This document shows, piece by piece, positions 1-10,795 of a stretch of 21,453 nt of DNA. The stretch is taken from the IMG/VR virus record IMGVR_UViG_3300047400_000175; one strand, given 5' to 3'. Numbering within the stretch: position 1 is the first letter of the stretch; every line of letters begins with the position of its first letter. The position numbers were made by a program, and so were the translations under genes. Source of the stretch: an uncultured virus (IMG/VR IMGVR_UViG_3300047400_000175). Lineage: Duplodnaviria > Heunggongvirae > Uroviricota > Caudoviricetes. The notes under the pieces were generated by a model. That model saw only the letters and a list, made by a program, of their open reading frames with translations. It made no database searches and had not been told where the DNA came from.

Positions 1-1
1 T

Positions 2-3000
2 CAGGGTATTATAGGCGCATTATCTGGTGGCTTAACTGGTAATGTTACAACACTAATTGGAAAGGGTACAGGAGCCTACAAGAAGTCATCTAATGTAGTT
101 CCTGATGATTTGCAGAAATTATCTACATTAAAGCAATATAAAGATTTAGTGTCTATGATTAATAGACATTCCAACATTGTACAAGACCAGAAAAATGCTG
201 TTAATAACAATGATACATTCTCTTACGAGAATTCTAAGAATGATGGATTTATAAATTATGTTTATACCAAATTAAAATATGAAAGAGGTGAAGACCTGCT
301 AGATGAATTAAAACAGTTCTCTAGTATGTCAGAAGTGGAATTTAAATCTAATTTTGGTAATGAATTATCTAAGGATGAAATATCACAAACTAAACAGTCT
401 GTTAGTGAATTTGTTAATGATAAGATAGATAAAGTTAAAAAAATACAAAGGACATTTGATGCTGTTCATGAGAAATTTCCAAATGCTTCTGAGGCCAATA
501 AAGAAAGACTTGCTTATAGTAGTTTAACTATCGATAATGCTAAATCTAGAAAGCAAGCATTAAATAAAGAAATTAATGAATTAATTAGAAAAAATGCTCC
601 CTCTAATGAATCACTAGTGTTGCTAGGTAATGATTATTTACACACATCTAAAGAGGGTAGAGAATCTTATATAGAGGCATTAAATAAATCCAATATTAAT
701 CCTTTAGATATTGAAGGTATTAAATCTAAAATATCAGATATTAATAAATTAGAAGAAAGAGAAAATCAATTTGTTAAGGAGTATCATGCTCTTACTAAAG
801 AGGACTATCAGAATAAACTAGACAAAGCTGATAAGAAAGTTGAGGCAAAAGTCACTCAAACTAATACTCCCAAGGAAAACCCATTTGATTCGCATACATC
901 AACAACACAAGAAACCCCTGTAGATACAGAATCTGAACTAACTCAAGAACAAGCTAGTTCTATGGGTATGGACTTTGGTAATACACCAAAGACAGATTGG
1001 CATTCATTAATAAATAATGCACAAGGTGAGAAGGAACTTAATGCTGTACAAGACCAAATAATTAAATCTGGTGAGGACAGTGTGGAATTATCAAATGCTA
1101 TTGGTAAGAAACGTGAGTTTTTAAATAAACAAAAAGAATTTAATACTAAATATAACTCTCTAAATGAGAAATCTACAACAGATGAATTAAAATCTGTTGG
1201 GAATGATTTAAATACTAATTATAAAGAGCATTATAAAGAAGAGCACATATCTCATTTAAGAGAATTATACAATAATGCTAAAAACAGAGAGGATGTAGCT
1301 AAATCTCAAACACCAACAAGAAAGAGTGAAAAAACTTCATTATTCTTTTTTAATAGATTTGCTGGTACTTCAGCACATCCAGTAGATATTGACGCTACTA
1401 GACTACTTTCATCCATTAATTTAAGTAATCCTAAACATTTAGAGAAATTAATACTAACTATTAATCCTTATAAAGGCCCATATGGACACAATCAAGAAAT
1501 ATCTTTACATTATATCAAGAATGATGGAACTAAGATGTTTCTTGGATTTCTAATTGATGGAACTTCTGAAAAAGCAACTGCTGATGTTTTAAATATTGGA
1601 GAAAAAGAAAAATCTAAATTATTTATTAATCATTTGTTGTCTTTGAACAAGTCTGAGTTTACAATGAATGAGTTAGTAAATTCTGGTTTGATTAATTTAA
1701 ATTTAGAAACAGATGGTTTTAATATACTTAGAACCCCTGAAGGAAGAATAGGTGTTGCTGAGTCCACTGTTTTTGAAAAGGATGCTTCTGGAAATGTCAT
1801 TATACTAGATAATCAATCTAAAACTAAAGTAAAGGGTGAAATGGGTGTTCTTAATGAGAACATGTCATGGGAGGATATTCAAAAATTAGGAGAAACAGAC
1901 AATTCAAGTAAATGGATTGATCCTACAGATCAGCAAATTGCTGAATTTGATAGATATTCTGTTGTCCTAAAAATAGGAGATAAAGTTTATTTTGTAGCTG
2001 CTCAGCCTAAACAAGTATCTGAAAAAGATTTTAATGATGCATTAAAACAAGCTAAAGAACTTAGTAAGAAATATCATGAAAATCATGCTGAAGGTGAGGC
2101 TAGATTAGAAGAATTAAAACATGATCAAGATAATACTAAATTAAATACTAAATTTTTCTTTGCTGTTCCTGATGCCAAAAAACTTGGAATTAAACAAGTT
2201 ATTGTAGATACTCCACCAGAAGGTGGACTTAGAGTACAATATACTAAGAACGATACACCTCACAAGGTATATTTAAATCATGAACAACTTTCTAATATAT
2301 CTACTAGTGAGGAGTTATTAAAAGCACTAAATCATCAATTAAAAGGTGGAGATGGTCAGGAGATGATGAGTGTAACAGAGTTACTGGACGATGGGTCAGA
2401 AGTAAAATCAGAATCTAGGTTATCGTCTAAAACTCCAGATTTTCAATTTAACGAGAAAACAAGTATTAGATATAAAGTAAGTCAAACAAATGCTAAAGAT
2501 GCAGCAGAGGTCTTACAATCATCACTAGATACTAAAAACCCATTTACTGCCACAGCATTGAGGGTTAAATTTAATTCTATTGCTGCAACACAAGAAGTAA
2601 AATCTGAACCAGAAGTTATATTGGCTGTTAGACCTAAAGGTTTAACTGTTGAAAATAATCCTGTAGTAGAGGATTCTGATGATATTATTAATAAACTATC
2701 AGATAATACTCCAGAGGAATTAATTGATTTAGAAAAAGCCAACAATTGGCTTAGGACACATCTTCCCTCATTTATAAGGGTAAAGGACATTGAGAGTATT
2801 TTAAGTCGTTTAAAAGCAAGAGGAATTCATTTTGGGGCATTCCAGAATGCTGTTATATATTTAAATACTAAAGCTGAACGTGGTACAGAGTATCACGAGG
2901 CCTTTCATGCTGTTTTCAGAACTTTGCTTTCTGATTCTGAAATTGCTAATTATTTAAAATTAACTAAACAAGAGAGAGGTAAAGCAACTCTAGAAGAAAT

Positions 3001-6000
3001 AAAGAACTTTAAAGAAAAATATACATTACAAGATAAATCTAATATTTATGTAGAAAATCTCATATATGAGGAATATATGGCAGATAAATTCATGGATTTT
3101 GTTAAACTTAAAGACAAAGCCATGGAAGATAAATCTATTAAAGGATGGTTTAAATTATTATGTAAGAAAATATCAGATTGGTTCAAATATGTATTTTCTA
3201 ATAAAACAACATTAGATGCTCTATATTATAAAATAGAGAAGGGAGGATTTAAGAATAACAATGCTATAAATAATAGATTTGGTACAAATGACATTGTTAA
3301 CAAATTATTAATATCTTGTAAAAAAGAAGGAGGTAAATTTGTTAAATGTTATTTATCTGCTCAAAAGACAGAGGATGCTCTAATGAATGTTTTGGTTTTA
3401 TATGGTCAGGCAATAAATGATAATTCAAATGTTGAAAAGTCTCTAAAGAAGAAAAAATCACAACTATTAGATGATGTTATTACTAATCTAGCTAATTCAT
3501 TTAGAGTTAATGAAACAAATTCTGCAATTTATGATGGACTTTCTACAGAAAAAGCAGAAGAATTTCAAAACTTTCTACAAAGTATGCTATATACTTTTAC
3601 TAATGCTGATTCTGTATATCTTATAAAGTCAGAAATTAATAGAAGGTATACAAATATTACAGGTATTTCTTCAGAGTCGGAGGAAATTAATGACAAAGAA
3701 AGTGAATTAGGTAATAGATGGGATATTGATTTTTCTAGTATTGGTGGATTTGGTAATCTTTCAAAACAAATTAGAGGCTACATGGCTACTACTCCAATTG
3801 AAGACACTAATGAGTGGGGCATGAAGACATACAGAGCAGTTAATGTTGCCTATGTATATAGTGGTTTAGAAAGAACTCTTTCTAATACTCCTAAAAATCA
3901 AATGATGGATAAATTAATTGCTTTTGCAGAGTTTAATCCTGACACTAAAGCATTTTTAGATAGAGTAAAGAAAGAAGTTGATTATAATGAGGAAACTAAG
4001 CAGTTTAATAATGAAAGTTATATATGGAAGGCAATAACTAATAATTTTAATACATATAAAGTTAATAGCAGGTCCATATTAATCGATGACAGAATAGAGC
4101 AGGCAAGAAATCCGAAAACTGGGTTGATTGATAAATCTGTACAAAAGAAACATTCAATACCGAGAGCTAATAGCAGAGATATTGACGTGAGAGAAGTTGA
4201 AAGATTTCATAGACAATTTATTAATAGTTATCAAGACTCAAAGTATCAAAGTGATATTCTGGATAAAGTAAAAAGTATTTATAATAAATTTTTATCTGTT
4301 AACCAAACAGCAAGTATTACTAATGTTAATATGCGTGAAGAGGCTAAAAATATTAAAAATGCTTTTTCAGAATTAGGATTTGATTTATCATTAGGATACA
4401 TTTCTTATTCTATCATAGCTAATAGAAAATCTCATACTAAAGAGCAAGAAAGAATTGTAACTTCTTATAAGGATGTTGTTCCTATTAATAAATTAGGTGG
4501 TAGAGATAATGGATTTTTGGATATTGTAGAACTTATTAAACAAGGTAAAAATCCTTTTGATAAGGAATCTGGAGATGATGCTACAGTTAAATTAAAACAA
4601 TTGGCATTAGCTAATGCTGAATTTGACGAGACTATAGGTAGTTCTACCTATCAAAATGAGGAAGGAGAAACTGTTTATGCATATTTGCGAGGTACACATT
4701 CTATTAGAAAGATGTATGAATTACAAAATCCTAGTACTCGAAAGATAACAACTTTAAAGCAATTTATTAAAGATCATCCTGAGTATTCTAAGTATGAAGC
4801 AGAGACTTATTTTAATATATTTAAAGTAAATCCTCTACTTAATGATGAGTATGCTGATTACATATTTGATAAAAATTTTACAATTGAATTACTTGGGGGA
4901 GGTAGAAATAGAGAAGAGGATGAAGGTAAGTCATTTGGAAGCATGACATTCAGAGATACCATTATTAGTATTTATACAGCATTTTTTAATTCCCAGGTTA
5001 GAAAAACAATTACAAAACCTGATGGAACAAAGTCATCTCTAACTACAGCATTGTTTTATCCTAAAGTACTAGAAGCTAGTTCTACAGGGTATTTAACACC
5101 ACTACCAATTAAGATATATTATGAAAATGGAAAATTATCAGAACTCGCTGAAAAACAATTGTTTAGTTATTTTACGCAGGAGGCAGAGAGAATATTAAAG
5201 ATTCAAAAGGAAATAAATTCTAACTACAAGGGTGTTTCTAAAATAGAAGGAGTCAATTATTCACTAAAAGGTAAGTCTCTAAGAGGATTAGAGTTTTTTC
5301 ATTTCTTTAAATTAAATCCTCAATTAGGTGACAAAGTTAAAAACTTTATTATAGAACAGGCAAAAAATGAAGAAAGGAAGGAGTTAAATTTTCCAGCTGA
5401 GTTATTAGGGGAGATAAAAGAAGCTATATCTAAGGAATATAATAAAGAATTGGAAGATCACATATCTCATTTAAAAGAAGTTAATTTATTAACTAGCGAT
5501 AGAGATGAATCTGGACATAAAACAAATGCTTTAATTGCTAGAAATAATCTTCTTCCTGGAGAGTTATTCAGAGAAGTGTTTTATAATGACAAAGATGGTG
5601 TTAGCAAATCCAAATTAGTATTAATTAAAGATGAATTAGGACATGCTTTTTATAATGATTTATTTAATTCATGGGCACTAAATAATTTATTGGATGGTGA
5701 TATTGCTTATTCTAGAAAGGATGCTGATGATTATGTAAAAAGAAATAAGGGAGCTAATGCTGCTACTCAGAATTATGGGGACGGGGTATCTTATGGGGCT
5801 ATATTAAGAGAACCTGTAGTCAAAAGTAATTATTCTAATAATAATATAGATATTGCTGATGCCCAACAATGGGAGAGTATGAAGTGGAGAATGAAGAAGT
5901 TGTTTGAGAAGGGTCAACTACCAAAAGTAGTTGAAGACATACTTAATCAAATTGCATCTGATGATATTAGGGGATTTTATGATGCCTCTAATTATATTCC

Positions 6001-9000
6001 TGAAAATCTATTGGATATTCTAAAAGAGAATCAAGCAATGTTATTGTCAGATAAGGATGTATATTATGATGGTGAGACTTACTTAAAACTCTCCTCAATG
6101 CTTCTTACAAGACAATTAACATCTATAAAGGTACCTATTGGCACTAAGGGAGCTGTGCAATCAAATGCTATTAATTTTAGGGGAGATAAAATAAATGCTC
6201 ATTGGTATATTGCCATACCAGGAATGGAGGATTTGCATAATATGCTTAATGAAATGGAGGAGAAGAATATTGACTATGTTGGTACAGAGTCTACTTCCAA
6301 AGGAATGACACAAGATGTTGGGGAATTGGGTAGCTTAACTCCACGCCCACATTTGAATTTAAATTGGGGTATGCAACACCCTGTACCGTCTAATAAGAAT
6401 TATGGTACAGATGGTTCACAAAAAAATGTATTAATTAGTTCTGAAACTGGTGAAAAAACAAAAGAATTAGCTAAAGAACATTCTAATTTATTAGCTCAGA
6501 GAGTTAAAATTGCTTCTGAACAAGCATTTAATATTTTAAAAGATAATCTTGGAAACAAAGAATATACATTAAAATATGTAATTGATAAGTTTCAAGAAAC
6601 ATTGCAGCAGTCTGGAGCTGATATAAATTTATTAGAATTATTTTCTAAGGATGATCGTACAGGGCTTTTAAAACATAATTTAAATCAACCAATATCTATA
6701 AATAAGTTTGAACAATTATACTATGCGCATTTTACAAAAGATGTATTGTATTCTAAGGCTCCAATGCACACATTTGTATTAGTTAGTTCTCATGGAATTA
6801 ATGTTACTATAGACAGTAGAACTAGTCAAATAGTACACAGAGCGGATATTAATGAAGAAAACTACCAATATTTAGTTTCTAGACCACTTAAGTATAATAA
6901 TGAAACTGGGGTAGGTGAAATTATGATACCATCTCATTTCAAGGAATTTGGACTAAAACCAGGTGATCATATACCTAGTGATTTGTTAGAATTTTTAGGA
7001 ATTAGAATTCCAACAGAAGATAAGAGATCTATGATGAAATTAAAGGTTGTTGATTTCTTGCCTACTTATTACGGTAGTATAATGGTTGGACCTAAGGAAA
7101 TTGTTGAGTTTTCTGGAGCTGACTTTGACGTTGATAAGATGTTTAGTAGAAGATATGAGCATTATATTGATGAAAATGGTAATTTACAAAAATATGACAG
7201 TGGTAATAAGACGATAGAGCAAAGATGGAATGAATATTTAATTTATAACTTACAACAAAATAAATTTGTTAAAAGTTTAATAAGTAAATATACTAAAGAT
7301 GATATTTCATTTCTATCATATGATGAATTTTTACAAGATGTTGATAACGAGGATAATGTAAAATCTTTAGAGAAATTAAAAGCATTAATTGCCTCTAAGG
7401 CTCTTCAACAAGCCCTTAGAGAATCTGGATTGCCAAGTACATTAGAAGAATTTAAAACCAAAACCAATAGTGATGGTGAACAAAATTTAGGAGTAATAAA
7501 TAATGATTTGCTTTCCAAGGAATTGCAAATTTATAGTTCTGAAGATAATAAAGACATCAGAACTGAAATTTCATCAAATCAAGAATTAAAAGATCTGGCT
7601 AATAAATCAGACAAATCAAAAAGCTCTATTTATGGCATTAATGGTAAAATGTCTTCTAAAGAGGCCAATGATACTGGCAAAAATAACATTGGTGTTGCTG
7701 CAATATCTAACATGGTGTTTAATTTACTTTCCAGAAATAAAGTTAAATTAATTAAACCAGTTAAAATAGGAGAAGATGTTTTTGATAGTTTTGAATTTAG
7801 AAATAATGATGGTAAACGTAGAACATCTATAATAGCAATGATATTAGCTGCCATGACAGATAACGCTAAGGATAGACTAGCAGCTAAATTTAATCTAACT
7901 ACTAATACCTTACCCAGTGCTTTGTATTTAATTTCAATTGGGGTTCCGTTAAAAACAACAATGAAATTAATTAAATCTGATGCAATTAAAAGATATACTG
8001 ATAGAATATCTGTAATTGGACAGTCAGCATTTAAATCAACTTATGAGAAACAAAATTACAATGAATCTAAAGTATTTAAAGATATTAGAGAGTTTTTAAT
8101 TAATAAATTTGAAAACTCTAAGCCTGAGAGAGAAGAATTAAAAATACCTTCTGGTATTTCAGAGGATATGTTTAACAGCGATGAAATAGTTGATCAATTA
8201 GCAATATTAAATTTCTTTGAAAAATTAAACAAAGATGCTCAAGTATTAAGAAAAATCAATACATTAATGCAATTAAACAAAGGAATGAAAATTTCTATAG
8301 CTGAAAATGATGAGGTTAATAATGCGTTGGAAGAACTAGGAATCAACTCTAAAACATTTACCAAGAAATCAGACAAGGAATTTAAAAAATTAAATCTACC
8401 ATTTGATGTTAGGAATATTTTCTCTGTAAGAAGTGGTTATTTCAATGAGTTATTGCACCAACATAATCAAGTGCACAATAATGTATCTAAGGAGTTCTTT
8501 GTGACTCAAAGTGCATTAGGAAGAACAATAGTTGATTTAATAAGAAATAATGTAAAGTCTACAACAGCCAGAAGCAAAAACACATTTCATAAAATATATA
8601 GAGATGTCCTATCATATTTAGCAATACAGTCATATAGAAGGTTTTTAGAAAATTCTAATATTAAAGATAAGGAAATGTGGTTAAAATCACTTTCTATTGA
8701 TAATGTATTAGGTGACGATGCTATTGCTAAGAAATTAGGAAAATTAAAGAAAGCATACCCTAATAACTTATTCTTAAAGAATATAACTAGTGATAAATTT
8801 AATATACTAAATAATACCTCTGAAGAGGGTAATATTGATACTATTACTGGAAATAGTAGGACTAGACTTCATCCTGAATATGTTGAAAAGATATTAAATT
8901 CTTTTCAGGAGTTATATTATGATAAATCCTCAAGACAAGATGCTATTGACATATTCAACTATATGATAATTAAAGATGGGATGCAGTTTAAAAATAACAG

Positions 9001-10795
9001 CATCTCTAGATTTATTGCTACATTTATGTATAATAACATGTCTCTAAATCTTAATAATTTAATTAATGATATTAAACAAGATAAGATTTCTAATGAGAAA
9101 TCCCAAGAGTTATTTGGTTTAGATAAAGCAGATGTGGTAGAGGACGCATTAGCTAGAATATTTTTATATAGAGAAAATATATATGATCTAATACCTTACT
9201 TATCTAAAGGTATGGATGGGGCATATTTAGATGAGAATGGTAATTTAATTATAGATTTCTGGCATAACTTTGATAAGTCTTGGAGTACTGAAAAGAAAAC
9301 AGAATTTGCTAAAAATGCAAGAAAGCAATTTCAAGCAAATAATCAAGTTATTAAACCTGATTTTGATGAGGAAGTAAAACAAGCAATTGTTGCTGATGGA
9401 CAAGTCTTTGAGGAAGAAGTTAAAAAGAAAACATTATATAAATTTCCAATATTTTTAAATACTAAAGATGGAATATTTAAATTAGTGTCTCTGAATTCTA
9501 AATCTGCTGATAAGTCATTGTTAGAATTAACTAAGAATGGAGAAACTATTTCTTCATATTATGCTAAATATGTTAAAGTTAGTTCATTTGGGGTCAAACA
9601 AATTAGCAATGTAGGGATATCAAAAGATGAAATTTCTAAAATAGAAGAAAGAAAATTACCTAAAAGTGAGAAAAACACATCTTTAAATACAAAAGAATCT
9701 TCAATTCTATCTCCAGAACAAGATAAGGCAATTACAGATATATTCAATGAACATTCAGAACAGATATATTCTCAATTAGGAAATAAAACTGTTGCTAATA
9801 ATGTTAAAATTAAATCTTGGAGTGAATTAAAAGAGGCTAAAAAAGCAATTACTCCAGAAGGTATAATTTCTACAAGAATCCCTAATACTAATGAACACTT
9901 TGGTAACCCTTTTAGTCATGACCCTGCTGGTAAAGCACAAGGATTAATTAAAACAGAAACTATTAAAGAAGCTGTTGAGAAATATATTGATTGGATTTTA
10001 AATGATAAAAACGATATTTTACAAAAACATGGAAAATCCTTACAACAACAATCTAATAATTTAGTTGAAAATATTAATAAAATAAAAGAATTTTTAAAAT
10101 CTAAAGGTTTTGGAAATTCTGAAATTTATTTAGTTGGTGGTAGAATAACTAATAAAAATCTTATAGAAGATTCTGATTTAGATTTAATATTAAAAGTTGA
10201 AAAAACTCCATTTGATAATATCCCAATAATAGATAAAGAAGATAATAAAATTTATTGGATGCAAGAAATTAATAAATTTATTCATCAATTTGGAAAAGAT
10301 ATTCATATTTTACAACATTTCAATAAAGAAACACCTAAAGGTGAAATAATAAATAAGAATTTAACTATTAATATTAAATTTAATAATCAACAAATCCAGC
10401 CAGAAAGAAGAGATTGGATTAGAAAACAATTAAAATCAGGAGAATTAAAAGATAAACCTATTTTTTATTACAAAGAACTTGGAGAACCTTCTCATGCAAC
10501 AGCTTTAGATTATTTAATCAATAAATATAATTGGAATAATACAAAAGAACAACAAGATAAAACTATTAAAGAAGAAGAAAGACTTATTAAAAATAGTGTA
10601 GATTTATCAAAGGATTCAGTATTAAATGATATATCTAATAGTTTAACAATACTCAATGAAGATAAAACACTGTCTCCTAAAGAAAAAAATAGTAAAATTA
10701 AAGCATTAAGAGAACTAGAAAATATTGTTAAAAATAAAAAGAATCTCACTGAGAAAGATCTTGGTGAAATAAGAAGAAAATTTTGTAATATATAA
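2..10795 (+). CDS. Giant crAss-like virion RNA polymerase polyprotein, 5'-truncated by the window: zincin domain, two-barrel RNAP, C-terminal DUF4326-like/nucleotidyltransferase module
   Basis: The frame is open from nt 2 (QGIIGALSGGLTGNVTTLIG...), so the TTG at 110 is not the true start. Catalytic GADFDVDK (DxDxD at 7121-7135) is preceded by GIRIPT (6998-7015). Also present are KRNKG (~5740), DAQ (5858), GKNNIGVAA (~7680) and DNAKD (7859), which I recall as motifs of crAss-like/phi14:2 gp66-type RNAPs. Ends TAA 10793-10795. Confidence 0.93.
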   Translation, partial: QGIIGALSGGLTGNVTTLIGKGTGAYKKSSNVVPDDLQKLSTLKQYKDLVSMINRHSNIVQDQKNAVNNNDTFSYENSKNDGFINYVYTKLKYERGEDLLDELKQFSSMSEVEFKSNFGNELSKDEISQTKQSVSEFVNDKIDKVKKIQRTFDAVHEKFPNASEANKERLAYSSLTIDNAKSRKQALNKEINELIRKNAPSNESLVLLGNDYLHTSKEGRESYIEALNKSNINPLDIEGIKSKISDINKLEERENQFVKEYHALTKEDYQNKLDKADKKVEAKVTQTNTPKENPFDSHTSTTQETPVDTESELTQEQASSMGMDFGNTPKTDWHSLINNAQGEKELNAVQDQIIKSGEDSVELSNAIGKKREFLNKQKEFNTKYNSLNEKSTTDELKSVGNDLNTNYKEHYKEEHISHLRELYNNAKNREDVAKSQTPTRKSEKTSLFFFNRFAGTSAHPVDIDATRLLSSINLSNPKHLEKLILTINPYKGPYGHNQEISLHYIKNDGTKMFLGFLIDGTSEKATADVLNIGEKEKSKLFINHLLSLNKSEFTMNELVNSGLINLNLETDGFNILRTPEGRIGVAESTVFEKDASGNVIILDNQSKTKVKGEMGVLNENMSWEDIQKLGETDNSSKWIDPTDQQIAEFDRYSVVLKIGDKVYFVAAQPKQVSEKDFNDALKQAKELSKKYHENHAEGEARLEELKHDQDNTKLNTKFFFAVPDAKKLGIKQVIVDTPPEGGLRVQYTKNDTPHKVYLNHEQLSNISTSEELLKALNHQLKGGDGQEMMSVTELLDDGSEVKSESRLSSKTPDFQFNEKTSIRYKVSQTNAKDAAEVLQSSLDTKNPFTATALRVKFNSIAATQEVKSEPEVILAVRPKGLTVENNPVVEDSDDIINKLSDNTPEELIDLEKANNWLRTHLPSFIRVKDIESILSRLKARGIHFGAFQNAVIYLNTKAERGTEYHEAFHAVFRTLLSDSEIANYLKLTKQERGKATLEEIKNFKEKYTLQDKSNIYVENLIYEEYMADKFMDFVKLKDKAMEDKSIKGWFKLLCKKISDWFKYVFSNKTTLDALYYKIEKGGFKNNNAINNRFGTNDIVNKLLISCKKEGGKFVKCYLSAQKTEDALMNVLVLYGQAINDNSNVEKSLKKKKSQLLDDVITNLANSFRVNETNSAIYDGLSTEKAEEFQNFLQSMLYTFTNADSVYLIKSEINRRYTNITGISSESEEINDKESELGNRWDIDFSSIGGFGNLSKQIRGYMATTPIEDTNEWGMKTYRAVNVAYVYSGLERTLSNTPKNQMMDKLIAFAEFNPDTKAFLDRVKKEVDYNEETKQFNNESYIWKAITNNFNTYKVNSRSILIDDRIEQARNPKTGLIDKSVQKKHSIPRANSRDIDVREVERFHRQFINSYQDSKYQSDILDKVKSIYNKFLSVNQTASITNVNMREEAKNIKNAFSELGFDLSLGYISYSIIANRKSHTKEQERIVTSYKDVVPINKLGGRDNGFLDIVELIKQGKNPFDKESGDDATVKLKQLALANAEFDETIGSSTYQNEEGETVYAYLRGTHSIRKMYELQNPSTRKITTLKQFIKDHPEYSKYEAETYFNIFKVNPLLNDEYADYIFDKNFTIELLGGGRNREEDEGKSFGSMTFRDTIISIYTAFFNSQVRKTITKPDGTKSSLTTALFYPKVLEASSTGYLTPLPIKIYYENGKLSELAEKQLFSYFTQEAERILKIQKEINSNYKGVSKIEGVNYSLKGKSLRGLEFFHFFKLNPQLGDKVKNFIIEQAKNEERKELNFPAELLGEIKEAISKEYNKELEDHISHLKEVNLLTSDRDESGHKTNALIARNNLLPGELFREVFYNDKDGVSKSKLVLIKDELGHAFYNDLFNSWALNNLLDGDIAYSRKDADDYVKRNKGANAATQNYGDGVSYGAILREPVVKSNYSNNNIDIADAQQWESMKWRMKKLFEKGQLPKVVEDILNQIASDDIRGFYDASNYIPENLLDILKENQAMLLSDKDVYYDGETYLKLSSMLLTRQLTSIKVPIGTKGAVQSNAINFRGDKINAHWYIAIPGMEDLHNMLNEMEEKNIDYVGTESTSKGMTQDVGELGSLTPRPHLNLNWGMQHPVPSNKNYGTDGSQKNVLISSETGEKTKELAKEHSNLLAQRVKIASEQAFNILKDNLGNKEYTLKYVIDKFQETLQQSGADINLLELFSKDDRTGLLKHNLNQPISINKFEQLYYAHFTKDVLYSKAPMHTFVLVSSHGINVTIDSRTSQIVHRADINEENYQYLVSRPLKYNNETGVGEIMIPSHFKEFGLKPGDHIPSDLLEFLGIRIPTEDKRSMMKLKVVDFLPTYYGSIMVGPKEIVEFSGADFDVDKMFSRRYEHYIDENGNLQKYDSGNKTIEQRWNEYLIYNLQQNKFVKSLISKYTKDDISFLSYDEFLQDVDNEDNVKSLEKLKALIASKALQQALRESGLPSTLEEFKTKTNSDGEQNLGVINNDLLSKELQIYSSEDNKDIRTEISSNQELKDLANKSDKSKSSIYGINGKMSSKEANDTGKNNIGVAAISNMVFNLLSRNKVKLIKPVKIGEDVFDSFEFRNNDGKRRTSIIAMILAAMTDNAKDRLAAKFNLTTNTLPSALYLISIGVPLKTTMKLIKSDAIKRYTDRISVIGQSAFKSTYEKQNYNESKVFKDIREFLINKFENSKPEREELKIPSGISEDMFNSDEIVDQLAILNFFEKLNKDAQVLRKINTLMQLNKGMKISIAENDEVNNALEELGINSKTFTKKSDKEFKKLNLPFDVRNIFSVRSGYFNELLHQHNQVHNNVSKEFFVTQSALGRTIVDLIRNNVKSTTARSKNTFHKIYRDVLSYLAIQSYRRFLENSNIKDKEMWLKSLSIDNVLGDDAIAKKLGKLKKAYPNNLFLKNITSDKFNILNNTSEEGNIDTITGNSRTRLHPEYVEKILNSFQELYYDKSSRQDAIDIFNYMIIKDGMQFKNNSISRFIATFMYNNMSLNLNNLINDIKQDKISNEKSQELFGLDKADVVEDALARIFLYRENIYDLIPYLSKGMDGAYLDENGNLIIDFWHNFDKSWSTEKKTEFAKNARKQFQANNQVIKPDFDEEVKQAIVADGQVFEEEVKKKTLYKFPIFLNTKDGIFKLVSLNSKSADKSLLELTKNGETISSYYAKYVKVSSFGVKQISNVGISKDEISKIEERKLPKSEKNTSLNTKESSILSPEQDKAITDIFNEHSEQIYSQLGNKTVANNVKIKSWSELKEAKKAITPEGIISTRIPNTNEHFGNPFSHDPAGKAQGLIKTETIKEAVEKYIDWILNDKNDILQKHGKSLQQQSNNLVENINKIKEFLKSKGFGNSEIYLVGGRITNKNLIEDSDLDLILKVEKTPFDNIPIIDKEDNKIYWMQEINKFIHQFGKDIHILQHFNKETPKGEIINKNLTINIKFNNQQIQPERRDWIRKQLKSGELKDKPIFYYKELGEPSHATALDYLINKYNWNNTKEQQDKTIKEEERLIKNSVDLSKDSVLNDISNSLTILNEDKTLSPKEKNSKIKALRELENIVKNKKNLTEKDLGEIRRKFCNI
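2740..3260 (+). other. Zincin-like metallopeptidase domain within the RNAP polyprotein
   Basis: GAFQNAVIYL...GTEYHEAFHAVF (HExxH at 2894-2908) with a downstream EEYMAD helix (3068-3085) that could supply the third ligand. Boundaries approximate. Confidence 0.85.
5680..8000 (+). other. RNA polymerase catalytic core (double-psi beta-barrel region)
   Basis: Ordered motifs KRNKG, DAQ, YLKLS, SKG, RIPT, GADFDVDK, GKNNIG, DNAKD. Boundaries approximate. Confidence 0.85.
9860..10534 (+). other. DUF4326-like domain split by an insertion
   Basis: N-half FGNPF (9899-9913)...EAVEKYIDWIL (to 10000). C-half PERRDWI...GELKDKPIFYY...PSHATAL (10400-10510). This resembles the DUF4326 pattern GNPF...Y..W...L.GK.L.C.C.P..CH...L, but the cysteines are absent. 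Confidence 0.6.
10040..10393 (+). other. Minimal Pol-beta-superfamily nucleotidyltransferase domain nested in the DUF4326-like domain
   Basis: A helix followed by EIYLVGGRITNKNLIEDSDLDLIL (10121-10192) matches the hG[GS]x9-13DhD signature. A candidate third Asp lies in GKDIHIL. Confidence 0.75.

Noticed and set aside
110..112. TTG start for the RNAP polyprotein
   Set aside because: The frame has no stop back to nt 2, so the gene begins upstream of the window.
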